A stretch of DNA of 64,000 nt from Psammoneis japonica (GCA_008632985.1 QPGO01000054.1:62001-126000); one strand, 5' to 3'; counted from the first letter of the stretch, positions 36,091 through 48,471 are shown. Program-made: numbers and translations. Notes: generated from the sequence alone by a model not told the origin.

Positions 36091-37787
36091 AGGTGTTCCG
36101 CACCGGCACATTATGACAATCGCGAACAAAACCAGTTTTCTCATCGCCAAGCTGCGTTTCTTCCTGTTGTGAATCGAAGTGGACCAGGCAAAGGCAAGCC
36201 GGAGCACAGCCGCAATTCACTCATCTCTCGTGCAGAGCAATGAGTCCAGATGCCCCGTCGAAACTGGGTGCTGCAGCACCACAGCCGCAGCCGAGAAAGT
36301 TCGACAGCAGGCACTTGTGGAATCATCTTGAAGCTCTTGATCAATGACATCGTTGTGATTTTTCCGGCGCTCGACATGTTCACAGGTTGCGCACCTTTCG
36401 ACAACATCTTTAATTCTCTCCGCTTCATGAAAGACTGCTGAAGACAAGACGTCTACTCGCAAAAGCAACAGTGCGTCGAAAACAGCAGCGACGGCATCAG
36501 AGTGCCGTGCGCGAGAGTTACGACCGTCAACATGGTCCATTGACGTACGTACGGAACAAATGGCATGCAAATAAAGATTGCTGTGCTGCACTTTTAGTCT
36601 TTCCACTTCTCTGTTGTAAAGGTTCAAAGTGTGTTTCGAATGTTTGAAACACGCCAATGTCAAAAGTTGATGGAAATTGGTCGCGTGGGATTACATTGCC
36701 TCAAGAGCACCATCATTAGATGGCGCTCAAGCTTTTTCCTATTTTTGGGGTGGAAAACCACCCCAAAAAAAAGAAAAAGGGGGGACGTGCTGCGGAGACA
36801 GCAAGAGAAACTTGCGAGTCAACCGCGTGCTAAATCAACACTCCCTGCGAGTGAAGACTTGCCGCACCACATCGCTGATGCAACGGAACCCCAAACCCCG
36901 CGTTCCGTCAATGGAACGATCTGCTCAGTGAGCTTTTGCTGCTTCGCAGACGAACGCTGCTGTCTGTTTCAACAGCCGTGACCTGACGGGTCAAGCGAAC
37001 AGGCAACTTCCTGCGGTCAAAGACACAGGAGTGACATGGGCTCCAGGCCGGAGACACACATTTGATTTGCCCTGACCTCCGGACTTAACTGGCAACACCT
37101 GCGCTGCCGATTTCAACAGCACACTTGTGCTGAAGCAACTTTGACAAAAAAAGAGAGACAAACCGCCAGCATTGGAATCAAGCTCAAGGTGAGCTGAGGA
37201 AAAAGAAGGACTCAATCACATCGTGCGGGTTGACAAATTGAAACTGAAGCAGTTCCCTCTTTTTGTCGCTCCTCCGACATCGTCAGTTCCCATCTCGAAT
37301 GATGAAGCGAAAGAGAAGTGCTTGATCCTTCTCCACGGACGGAATGCCAGCCTGAAACAGACGGTGTCGACGCTCCACAGGTGGGGTTCTTTACACTTCT
37401 CTTCACCCATGGCACCATCATCGTTCCCGCACCAATCACTGATGATTCCCTTGCGGCGTTTGTGCGGAGATGAACAGATTTTTGAAAACGGGCGTCGTTT
37501 GAAAATGGAGGGAAATGATGTGGCTGGAAAACCAACGGGTGTGTTTTACTGTCACATTTTGTGTAATTTGTGCGAACCCCTACGACGTCAGCCGAACTTC
37601 AAACAGCGCGAGCTCCGAACTCCAGATTTCCTTGTCTCTCCACTCCACACACACCGCACCGCATATTCCTACTACCGTACTACCCATGGTGGACGGCGTT
37701 CGTCATCATGTCAATGTCGTGCTGAACTTCACCGGTATCATAACATGCTAAAAGCACCCTTAATCATAGGCTGAAGTAGGGATAAGA

Positions 37788-38625
37788 ATGTTTCATCTCA
37801 TGAGATCGTATCGGTGTGGCGGATCAAAAGGTCGGCGATACCGATGGATGACAGGCAGATCGGCATCGAGTCGTCGGCCCAATCCGTTGTTTGTCAATGC
37901 GAGCAACGCCCCGGATGACTTTGATCCATCCGGAGCTGTGGTTTACGACTCCTTTGTATCACATGAAGAAGGAGAATCTCTAGTGTCTGATATAATGGCT
38001 CGAATGCGTCGGTAAGCTACGTGAGCTTCATCCAGAAAAGTGCCTTTTTACTTCCGACACATACACACTCACAACCTACTTCTGTTGATGCAACGCCACT
38101 AGCCGTCGGTACGAAAAGGGACACTGGGATGCAGTCATTACGGACTACAAAGAAGTGGAGCTCTTGGATGAATCCGTACTTGGCGACGCTTCCAGAACTG
38201 CAATGGATCGTGTTCGAGAGCAATTGTTGACCCATCATTTGCCCACTTCCAGAGAAGAAATTACGTTTCTGCCGTGTCACGCGATTGATTTGAAAAAGGA
38301 TGGCGAGCTCAAGGCTCATGTCGACTCTATCAAATTCTCTGGAGATGTCGTTTCCGGAATTAGTCTGCTATCTTCCAGTATTATGAGACTCAGACCAGAA
38401 ACAACGCAACAACGAGGCAATGATTCAGAGGAGCAGTCGGAAGGATGGGTCGACTTGCATCTTCCACCCTTGTCACTCTATGTTTTATCAGGATCGACTC
38501 GATATCATTACACACATGAGCTACTTCCCTCTGGCTCTGTCTTTGAAGCGCCCGACGGAACAACTGCGACGGTTATTCGTGATCAACGACTCAGTGTGAT
38601 TTTTCGTGATGCCAAGGATTCGTAA
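37788..38625 (+). CDS. ALKBH7: AlkB homolog 7-like 2OG-Fe(II) dioxygenase; intron about 38012-38102
   Basis: RRYEKGHWDAVITDYKEVEL; HAIDLKKDGELKAHVDSIKFSG; SLLSSSIMRL; RYHYTHELL; RLSVIFRD. Confidence 0.88.
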
Positions 38626-39518
38626 ATGGTATGTGGTGTGCTAGTAGCTCTCATTACGTATTGCTTGAACGTGGTTCCTTCTCTTTGGATGGCTCTTGAT
38701 TAATGCATATATGGAATTACCGTCTGACGTACGAGTTCGCGCTTGTATTGAAAGGACGACGACACTGCGGCTTGAATGAAGCTTCACAAAAGAGAAACTC
38801 CTGTCTGTTCATTATACTCTATTGATCTATCCAGATTCCATTGCACTCACTCCCATCTTGTCTTGTTCTTCTTGCAATCAAGATCCGGCTTTGCGACCTT
38901 TGTCGTTGAGCGGGCAGGCTTTTTCGTGCTCTCCACGTCACAGTCACACCGGTATTCATTTCAAAATGTCACCGGGGAAGATCAGGCTGGAGCTCTGTTT
39001 TGTGATTCGTAGACACTTTTTGTCACTTGTCTGTAACGGATGGTGACACAATCGTTGCTCGAGACGCAAATGTATGGTCATTCATGACATTCTTCTCACA
39101 TTGGTTAGAGTATTTCGCTGCTTTCGAGTGCCGGCAAGCACGAACTATGGTAATATTGCAAGCCTCAAACGAATCGTCTGTTTGTTTGAAAGTATCGTAG
39201 GTGTTGTGAATGAAAATAAATAGTAAACTGCTCTAGAGTACCGGTACCGGTAATAGAGTACTTAGTATCGATCATATCATTGGTAACAGCCTCTGCTCTG
39301 CCAGACTCTCGTCATCTGCCCATTTGGGCCATCGCGCGGACCACTCATTTTTTTCTGCACGGGGACCAATAAGTTCACGTTCTCAGGTCAATTTTTTTTT
39401 CAAGAGATAACGAAGCTGTTGCAAGCTCAAGAGCAATAGGCGGAACAAAAGAAGTGCATTTCTCTAAGGTAGTTTATCAGAGAAGAATTATCTTTCTTTA
39501 AAATTTCGCAAACAAAAA

Positions 39519-41152
39519 ATGACCTCCAAGGCAATTCCGCATGTCGACAAAATACCGTTGGAATCGAGCAAGGAGGAATACAATGATCTCTTGATGCAAG
39601 TCCGAGGACTCACGGTGGATGAAGCCAAGGAGGAGATTTTGGATTGTGCAAGGTACGGAGAGGTTGATGCGGTCCGTGCTATCCTTCAAATCTACGGACG
39701 TGATGGGGTCGTAGACACGACGGATGATAGTGGAAGCACGCCTCTTCATAAAGCGTGTGGCAATGGGCATGTTTCAACGACTCGACTACTGCTACTCAGT
39801 GGTGCACACCACGTACCAAACAAAGCAGGTAATACGCCTCTTCATTGGGCATCTGCTGCTGGTCATGATGAGATTGTAAAGCTGCTCTTGGATCATGATC
39901 CTTTCAAAGCCGACATGGATGTTTTGCAAAAGAACAATTTTGGTCGGTCGTCCTTGACGGAAGGATTCTCGAGTAAGAATACTCAACTTGTTAAATTACT
40001 ATTGGAACATGATTCTTCGACAGAAGAGAGACTTTTAAGTGGTGGAAAGGAAATAGATCAAGATGATGACGGTGAGGAGGCTACTGGAAAGAAAAGCGAG
40101 GGCGATTCATCCGCAAACGGAAAAAGTAAAGTCGTCGTTCACGAATTTGACTTTCGCATTCAGCCATCGATTGGCACTGATGGAGATTCCAAACAAGAAG
40201 AAATCTCACAAGAGCATGTTGACGAACTCGATAGAAATGATGAGCCACGCAAGAAGCTGCTTATTCGCGAACTCGTACGTTTGTCTCCTTACGACGTTTC
40301 TTTCTTCTTAATCTGTCGACGTTCAATTCCACCTCACGCGGATTCGTGTATTGTTCTATATATTGTTTAGCCCATTGCCCACGCAGATAATCCATTTGGC
40401 GACTCGGCGGTGGAAGATACGACAGGTTACGGCATTTGGTGTGCCTCTCTAGCCATGGCGAGGTGGATGGCAACGCCGGAAATGTGCTCTCGATTTGCAG
40501 GGAAATCTGTTTTGGAACTTGGTGCGGGCTGTGGTGTGCCTGGTCTAGCTGCAGCGCTGTACAGGTACGTTGACGTGTGTTCAAGTAAAAAGTGAAAGGC
40601 TCCGCATGAATTTGTGTACAACTAAAACTCGCGCTATCTTATTCCGGTCGATTCAGTGACGCGCGGAGAGTATTCATTACAGATCTCAACCCGACGACAG
40701 TAAGAAATGCGCAACACAACATTGATTTGAATGCAGCTGAACTACAGACGTCTGGTAAAAATAACGGCAATGAACAGCGTGTTCTAGCCTTTGCAATCGA
40801 CTGGGACGATGAAACGACGTGGCCGACCGAAAAGCTTGACTATGTGATTGGCTCGGACTTGATCTATCAATCGAGTATTGTTCCATTGTTGAAAAAGGTT
40901 GTGTTGGGTTTGCTAAAATCCGAAAAGGGACGATTCTTGTACGTGGCTCCGGATGATGGTCGAGACGGGTTTCCAGAGTTTATTGAAAGCATGAAAGTTG
41001 ATGGTTGCCGCCTTGTAAGCCAGCAAGTTGCCCCTTCGTCCTTTCACGCCAACCCATTGTCTAACCAAGACGACGATGAGTGCTTTGTCCATTTTCATGA
41101 GCTTGCATCTTCGACGTACATTCTTTATGAATTTGAGATTTTGCGAAGCTAG
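39519..41152 (+). CDS. Ankyrin-repeat protein fused to a family-16 (METTL21/EEF2KMT-like) SAM methyltransferase; introns about 40275-40370 and 40565-40656
   Basis: ANK GSTPLHKACGNGH and GNTPLHWASAAGH; DTTGYGIWCAS, KSVLELGAGCGVPGL, DYVIGSDLIY. Confidence 0.88.
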
Positions 41153-41170
41153 ATTATAACAGATGCAAGT

Positions 41171-42676
41171 TTACGAAATTTTCTTTTTGCTGTCGTCGTC
41201 TCGCTTTTCTGGCCAGACCTTCCTCCACCACCAAACAATACCGTATGACGTTGGATACTGCCGCTTGCTATTCAGGTTGTTGATAACTGAAGCGCAAAAG
41301 ATGGCGATCGCATTCCCGAGTAACATCATTCCCATTTGAATCCATCCTTTTGAGCCATCTGAAAACAAAAGTGCTGCTGCGCCTGCCGGAGGATGTGTGA
41401 AACCAAATTTTACCATACAGAAAATGGATAACGATGTTCCGAGAGATTGGCGAAGAAACACATCGAGGTCATCCAAGTAGCCAATCCCAAGTGCAATGGA
41501 AAGCGAAATCGCCTGTCCCATGATTGCGTTCATTGGCTGTGACGCTGGAGCCGCGGTTAGCCCGTACTGAAGAGTCATCAATGCACCAAAGGGACCCAAA
41601 ACAATGCTGTGATCTGATCCGTATGTTTCAGTTAAGTACTCGTTGAGCTTGGTCAGAATCAAAAGTGTGAGTAGCGCTCCGACAAATGACCATAGGGCTT
41701 GCCTCCAATCAAAAGCTGGTGGTGGCTGAACGCCTGGACCCTTCATCTTCTTCAGTGTTACGATAACCTTGGTTTTGGTGGCCAAAGCAAATTCTTTTAA
41801 AAACTCTGGGCAGCGATTGGTTGGTTCCTCCGTAAGCTCCACGCTTACAACTTGTTCCACCTCAATCTTTTGACTCTCGATCTTATGAACGTGACGCTTC
41901 AAACCTATTCCAAGTCTTGATAGGGCAATAAGTTTGGTACGCATTCTTCTAATGGCAGCATCCCTTTCCATCATTCGTTCTTGAACAGCTGTTTGACGAG
42001 GACCTCTCATGGCCCACGCCGCACCAATAAGATCCGCTGCACTCTTCAAGTATGCTTCGTTGGACGGAGACCGCAGTTTTTGCACGTTTGTAGTTGCTCG
42101 AGCCATGTACGCAACTAGACCCTCTTGACCACCAATTCGAAATCCAACAGAGGCGGCTAAGCCAATTCCAGCTTCTGCAATGACCTCAAGTCGCTCGTTG
42201 TATGGTTGGTCTGGATCATCCAACATGCTCTGCACATTCTTCCAAATAATTTTTCTGGAATCTGAAGCTTGCCTACCGTTCCTAGGCAAGACCGGAGTCG
42301 ACAGTTCTGTAAACAACGAACCAGCTATTCCTTCGCCGATTGCAACTTTCTTTGCGGGGCAATAGTTGTCAACGGACTCGTCCGTCAAACGACACACGGC
42401 ACACGTGTTGTTTTCTTTTTCTCCTTTACAATTCTGATGAAACATCGGATCTAACCAATACCCTCCATCTGGGCGAAAGAGCGACGTGCCTTTACTGACC
42501 CATACTTCGACGTAAATAGTACCGTACGCCCAACGGCCAGCGTCGTGAATCGCACGTTGAAGTAAGTCGTCGTCAACACTTGAAGAATCTGCTGGAACTA
42601 AGCGTGGTTTTTCTTTTTTCTCAACAGCGTCGTCCTTTATATCAAGCGCTACAAATTCTTTCTCGTGCGGTGCCAT
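41171..42676 (-). CDS. HPP-family membrane protein with long soluble N-terminal extension
   Basis: LGPFGALMTLQYGLTAAPASQP and THPPAGAAALLF in the C-terminal TM domain. Confidence 0.88.
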   Translation of the reverse strand: MAPHEKEFVALDIKDDAVEKKEKPRLVPADSSSVDDDLLQRAIHDAGRWAYGTIYVEVWVSKGTSLFRPDGGYWLDPMFHQNCKGEKENNTCAVCRLTDESVDNYCPAKKVAIGEGIAGSLFTELSTPVLPRNGRQASDSRKIIWKNVQSMLDDPDQPYNERLEVIAEAGIGLAASVGFRIGGQEGLVAYMARATTNVQKLRSPSNEAYLKSAADLIGAAWAMRGPRQTAVQERMMERDAAIRRMRTKLIALSRLGIGLKRHVHKIESQKIEVEQVVSVELTEEPTNRCPEFLKEFALATKTKVIVTLKKMKGPGVQPPPAFDWRQALWSFVGALLTLLILTKLNEYLTETYGSDHSIVLGPFGALMTLQYGLTAAPASQPMNAIMGQAISLSIALGIGYLDDLDVFLRQSLGTSLSIFCMVKFGFTHPPAGAAALLFSDGSKGWIQMGMMLLGNAIAIFCASVINNLNSKRQYPTSYGIVWWWRKVWPEKRDDDSKKKIS

Positions 42677-43145
42677 TGATGAGAAGGTAGTCAAGGACTT
42701 TAACACGTTTTTGGCAAGACCACAGATTGCACTTCTCGAGGTTGTAAGGTTTACCGTGTCAACAAACGAACAACATTGCCAACTTGCGAAGAAGGTGCGG
42801 AAGTTGTCGATGGTTGGTTGTTGCGACACAAGTAACGCCACTAAATTAAAACGTCATTGACACGACTGAATCCACGTAGAATTAGTACCAAGGTTTCTGT
42901 TTTTGTTGGATGCAGTTTTGGGAAATATTTTGTGCGTTTTGATTGGCCATCTCACTGAATGATTCATCTACGACTCCTAAATAAAAGCGAATAAAGGCAA
43001 AATCCGACTGATTCCAACAGATTTTGACAATTAATTGACGATTGACGATGACGCGCAATGACCGGTCCATGTCGGCGCCCCCCCCCGCCACGCAGCGAGC
43101 TCCCGCATGTCGGATGCGTTGAGCTGTTAGCCATATCGAATCAGG

Positions 43146-46100
43146 ATGGAACCGGAAGAATGTGAAGGAAGCCTTGTGACGACCTTTGCTGGCGGCGAGG
43201 AGTCTTACGGAATTATTTTTGATGTGCAGACTTTGCGAAGTGCCGTGTCAATTGTGGGTATGGATCTGCATATAGTAAACAACACTCAAGTCGTTTATGA
43301 GATATATACCAAACCCAGAAGTTTCCTTGATGACCCCATTGACGACATGGAAACGTGGACGAGCCTAGTCAAGGGCGTCGTCATGGGTCTCGGTGAAGGA
43401 GTGGGAACGCCAGTGAACTTTAATTCTGTTTCAATTGGACCCGACGCGATTCGCTCTTTCTACGTGACGTTAACGAATCCAGGCCTCGCCTACACAATAT
43501 CTTCTGAAACTGCCAACGATGATGAGCTGGAAATTCTCATTGGTATCGGCGTGGGAAGCTACCCACTTGGTCAGAACGCCCAGTTGTTTCGCTCTCGTGT
43601 CTGGAACGGACGTCTCTTTTATCAATTGCAAAGCTGCTTGCCTGCGACCCCTGTCCCAGTACCTGGAACAGTAAAGCCCTCTTCAGTTGTTTACTCTGAA
43701 CGAGAAGCTCTTGGGATATTCTTTCGAGCGACCGGCGGCATTCGCTGGAAGAACAAAGAAGGCTGGGTCCAGGATTCGGCCGATGTATGTACATGGTTTG
43801 GGATTGAGTGCGATTCCTCAGGATCAGTAATTTCAATTGTCCTGGTAAACAACACTATGGTAGGAAATACTCCACCAGAGCTGTTCTTTTTAGAATTCCT
43901 CGAACGAGTCGCGCTGGATAACAACGTTGTGGACTTCGGCTTTCAAGGCATCGGCACCGCGTCCTCTCTTCGTTCCATCAGTCTCAGTTATACTCGAACC
44001 ACATCACTGGATGGGATATCTGATGCCGTTGCTCTTTCTGGCCTCAACCTTGGGAACACTGCTCTTTCTGGAGAACTGTCTAGAGAAATCTTTGCCGTGA
44101 GCACGTTGGCTTCTTTGGACCTGGGAGGGACCTCGTTGTCGTCAACAATCCCGCCTGAAATCGGGCTTCTGACCAATCTGAGGGCCTTCTCGGCGCAGGT
44201 CGCCGGATTCGGTGGTCCCATTCCGACAGAGATTTCCAATCTTGTCCAGCTCAGCTTCTTAGACTTGTCAAGCAACCGTTTGTCAGGTCCAGTTCCTACA
44301 GAGATTGCCAACCTTGTCCAGCTCAACGTCTTGAACCTGTCAAGAAACAGTTTATCAGGTATGATACCACAGGAGATAGCCTCAATGACAGGGTTGCAAC
44401 AACTTATGTTGGCGCAGAACAAGCTTATTGGTCCTCTTCCGTCTTTTAGCTTCTCGACCGCTTTGCGGAACATAGACTTGAGCTCGAACATACTAGCGGG
44501 GGAGCTTCCGGTCGATTTATTGGCCGCTATCCAAGACAAGACGAGACTAGTCACTCTTAATTTGACCTCCAACTCTATTACGGGTAGCATACCCTCTCTG
44601 TTACGAGAATTCGATATGCTGGATATATACTTGGCAGACAACAGGATTGAAAGTATTCCACGTGAACTATGCGGAAAATCAGCATGGATGGGAGGAGATG
44701 TCGGGCTTTATAGCTGCGATGCAATCCTCTGCCCACCAGGTACCTTTACCAGTGTTGGGCGACAAGATGCTGTAGACAATCCATGCCGTGTCTGCTCAGA
44801 TGATTTGGATATCTTCGGCTCTACCTCTTGCCGCAGTGCACCGACGATGCCTCCGGTATTGCGTCCGTCATTTGCTCCCACCTCAACCCTGGCTCCTGGA
44901 AGTCTTCTTTCGGAGGAAAAGGCGATGGAGCTCTTTTTCAACGTCACGGATGGCCCATCCTGGACCGACTCAAGAGGATGGCTTGTGGAAGGGGCCCCGG
45001 TATGCGAGTGGTTTGGCATTGCCTGCGACAGGAATGGGAAAGTTCTATCAATTTCTCTTGCCTCCAATGGCTTGATTGGAACAACACCACAGGAGCTATT
45101 TCATCTGCAATCATTGGAAAATGTTCGGCTGAACGGTAACGAAGTCGACTTTACTTTTTCTGGAATTGAGGTCGCTCCGATTCTTCGAACCATCCAAATA
45201 TCAGATACCATGACTAAATTACTGAGGGTGTTGGTGGTGCGCAGCAGCTTACGTCGCTCAGTCTGGGTCGAACCCTGATTACGGGTGAGACGGCTGGAGA
45301 GATATTCAATGTGAAGACTTTGGAAGTTTTGGAAATGGGCAACAACCAAATCAATCTAGAGCTACTCCCTTTCATGCTTGACGGCCTCCCCAACCTTCGT
45401 ACTTTTGCCGCGCCATCGGCTGGTATCTCTGGCGTTTTACCGAATGAGCTAACGAACTTAGCGGGACTGACATTCCTTGATCTTTCTAATAACAGAATCT
45501 CAGGGCCGCTTCCATTTCAAATGAATCAGCTTGAGAGCCTCCAAACTTTGCGTCTGCGTTCAAATAGACTCGAAGGAGGACTTATTGGTTTTGAGGAGCA
45601 GATTGAGCTGAGAGATCTTGACTTGAGCAACAACTTGCTAGAAGGGGTTGTTCCAGACCACTTACTGCCGAACGTCGCAGCATCTGATAGGCAAATAAAT
45701 ATCGACCTGAGTTCAAACATGCTAACTGGGACAATGCCCGAGACGCTAGCTCGTTTTGAGCGTCTCAAAATTGATTTAACTGGTAACAAGATCAACACCG
45801 TCCCCGATGAGCTATGTCAGCAAACAAATGGATGGATGGCGCTGTGGGACTTTATGGCTGCTCGGCCATTATGTGTCCACCGGGATCCTTTAATGCAATT
45901 GGCCGACAGAATTCTAGCGGTACTCCTTGTCTAGCATGTCCGAGAGAAACAAGTCCCGAATACTATGGATCGACCAGCTGCATGTCTTTGCCACCTCCAC
46001 CAAACCCTCCAGTGACACCCCCGAGAGTTCCGGCCCTGCTCCCAGCCCGAGGACGTCATCCCCAACAGAAGTCAAGGATAGCTCTGAAACATGCTCAGAC

Positions 46101-46895
46101 GGCCTCGTTTGTGAGAATGGTGGAAGCTGCGTAGAAAGTTCATTCGCCAGTGAAGGCTTCTACTGTGACTGCACTACTGTCGTCGGTGGAGGGCCGCATG
46201 CGGGTCTTCGTTGTGAGTATCCGGCTACATCGTTGTGTGCCAGTGGCGGACCTCCGTATAATGCCTTTTGTACCAACGGAGGGGCTTGTATTAGCATAGT
46301 TCAACCTGGCCAGCTGCATCCTGGGTGTCGCTGTCCCGCTGGTTTTGATGGAGCGTTTTGTCAGTTTTCTGCGGCTGGCAAGCAGGGCGATGGAGGAAAC
46401 GATGATTCTTTCCCAACTTGGGCGATACTTCTGATAGCAGTACTCTCAGCCGTCGGATGTTGTCTTCTTCTTGTCTGGTGGTGGTGGCGACGCCGGTCAT
46501 TGGGTAGTGGCAGTGAAGCAAGTGGCGTTGCTGAAGGAGACGAATCGGGCAAGAGTACAGTTGAAGACAATTCTGGAGGTGGTGCAGGTCCACCTCTGGA
46601 TAACGTCGATGAGTCAGATAGCTCTCACGATCAAGAGGCACAGATCTCTAGAGAGGTTAGTTCAGCAGTAGGTGCTCCAAAGGACGGAGAAATAGAGGAG
46701 AAAGTTGTGGACGAGTCACAGATCCATGATGATGGTAGCTCAACATCTTTGGACGCTGAGGAGGAGAAAAGGGAGTTCGACACAGATGATGAGGAGCTAC
46801 CTCGCGTTTATGGAGAAGAGGTCGTAGTAGGAGAGGAATTTGAAACATCAGATCACGATCAGCACACGGATTCTGATGACTCCAGTGGACAGTGA
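43146..46895 (+). CDS. LRR receptor-like protein (two LRR modules, EGF-like repeats, TM, acidic tail, no kinase); several frameshifts
   Basis: Plant-type LRRNT (FFRATGG.RW...VCTWFGIEC) twice; LxxLDLSxNxLSGPIP repeats; CDAILCPPG caps; CENGGSC and CTNGGAC EGF-like; TM WAILLIAVLSAVGCCLLLVWWWW. Confidence 0.85.
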
Positions 46896-47251
46896 CAAAG
46901 CTGCGATCATTGGAGGAGGATCGCTTAAATGAGTGCTACGGTAGAATAGAAACATAAACCTGACGTCCGCACCGCGCCGCCCAATTTCGATAGCTCAAAG
47001 CGCTAGGCCAAAAGCGAGGAGTGTGGGTCTTAGGGTTTGTGAACAAGAAACTCTTACCTTCACAGTACGGTATGACTAGCTCTCCCTAGAGTAGCTCTAG
47101 AGAGTGTTAATAGAGGGAGGCAAGCAAAGAGGTCTAATGTTTTTTTCAAAAAAGTATCAGACCTCTAATGGTTTTTATCTGGACCTCAGACCTCGCGACT
47201 CACTAACAGAGAAGATAACCTTACCGGTAGACTACCGTATTCGTTTGCACC

Positions 47252-48424
47252 ATGATGAGCTTACTGGATTGGTTTCAAGTGCCAAACTCTTCTCCCTCTA
47301 TTTTGTTGCTTGATGGTGGTGTCAGTACCTTTTTGGAGTCGACGCTGAAGAAAAAGAATCAAGTGTTTCGACATCGTTCCCTGTGGTCGTCCTCGTTGCT
47401 CCTGACACAAGAGGGTAGAGACGATATCTTGGCATGTCATGAGGAGTTTCTTTCGGCCGGTGCTGATATTTTGTCAACAGTTACATATCAGTGTCACTTT
47501 CACGTCTATGATGAAGGTATGAAGATGCACGCTATTCAAGAAGTGGATGAAGCGACAATGACGGAAATGTTGAGAGAAGGAGTGCGATTGGCGCGAATGG
47601 CAACGCAAAGAAGAAATAGTCAGCATCCGACGTGGGTAGTCGCTAGCAGCGGGTGCTATGGAGCAGCCCTCGCAGATGGATCCGAGTATACCGGAAATTA
47701 TGGACTAACAGAGAAGGAGCTCATGGAGTTTCATCGTCGAAAAGCGCAGATTCTCGTGAATCAAAAACCACATGCACTTGCGTTCGAAACCATTCCATGC
47801 TCTTTGGAACTAAGAGCGATTGTGAAACTATTGCAAGAGAACGCCACTTCAGAATCATGGAGGCATATTGCGGTGTGGATCTCTTTTGCGTGTCAAAACG
47901 AGTCTCAACTTAACGATGGTTCGTCTCTTGAGGAGGCGCTAGACTTGCTTCATTCAATGGACCCGGAAGCTTCGCTTGTTCACGCTGTTGGTATCAATTG
48001 CTGCAATGTGCAGTATGGTAAGTGAAAGTTTGCAAAGATAGTCCAGTCAGCATCATATTGAGGCATTTTTGGTTACTTGTCTCAGCTTTTGATATACTTC
48101 ACACTGTCAACAGTTGCTCCGCTGATTCAACGCTTAGTACGACACATGGCCGAAGAAGGAACTCGACGAGGAATACTTATGTATCCGAATAGTGGAGAAG
48201 AATGGGATGCAGCAAATCAGCAATGGCTACAAGAAACAGGGTGTACGGCTCCAAATGAATTTGCTGAAAGAATGGCGGAGGCCGTTGAGGTTGTTCGCAA
48301 CACTTGGAACGAAAAGCAGAACGTCAACGGTGTTGCTCCTCCAAAGATAATTGTTGGTGGTTGCTGCCGAACCAGTCCTTCGACGATCAAGGCTATACGA
48401 AAACAACTTGATACAATAATGTAG
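47252..48424 (+). CDS. Homocysteine S-methyltransferase; intron about 48018-48112
   Basis: LLLDGGVSTFLE, FLSAGADILSTVTYQ, GCYGAALADGSEYTGNY, LAFETIP, VGINCC, YPNSGEEWD, IVGGCCRTSP. Confidence 0.93.
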
Positions 48425-48471
48425 TTTTTGTGCTATCTATTGGAGCAAATTCAGAATGAAGCGTTATCGAG

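Larger units (their letters stand above)
21930..37570. other. Hypermutated domain: TpA-depleted throughout, CpG also depleted in about 22100-34280
   Basis: Manual counts per 420 bp: control gene 541-960 about 14 TA and 19 CG; 23401-23820 2 TA and 2 CG; 35521-35940 1 TA and about 18 CG. Confidence 0.92.

Noticed and set aside
21938..37535. Dozens of overlapping 60-350 aa ORFs on both strands as real genes
   Set aside because: Loss of TAA/TAG through TpA depletion inflates ORF length in all frames; the products are Tyr-poor, Cys/His-rich and fragmentary.
37788..38625. ALKBH7 as the enzyme responsible for the adjacent mutated domain
   Set aside because: It is an ordinary conserved ALKBH7 with no deaminase features; similar domains occur away from it, so adjacency is not evidence.
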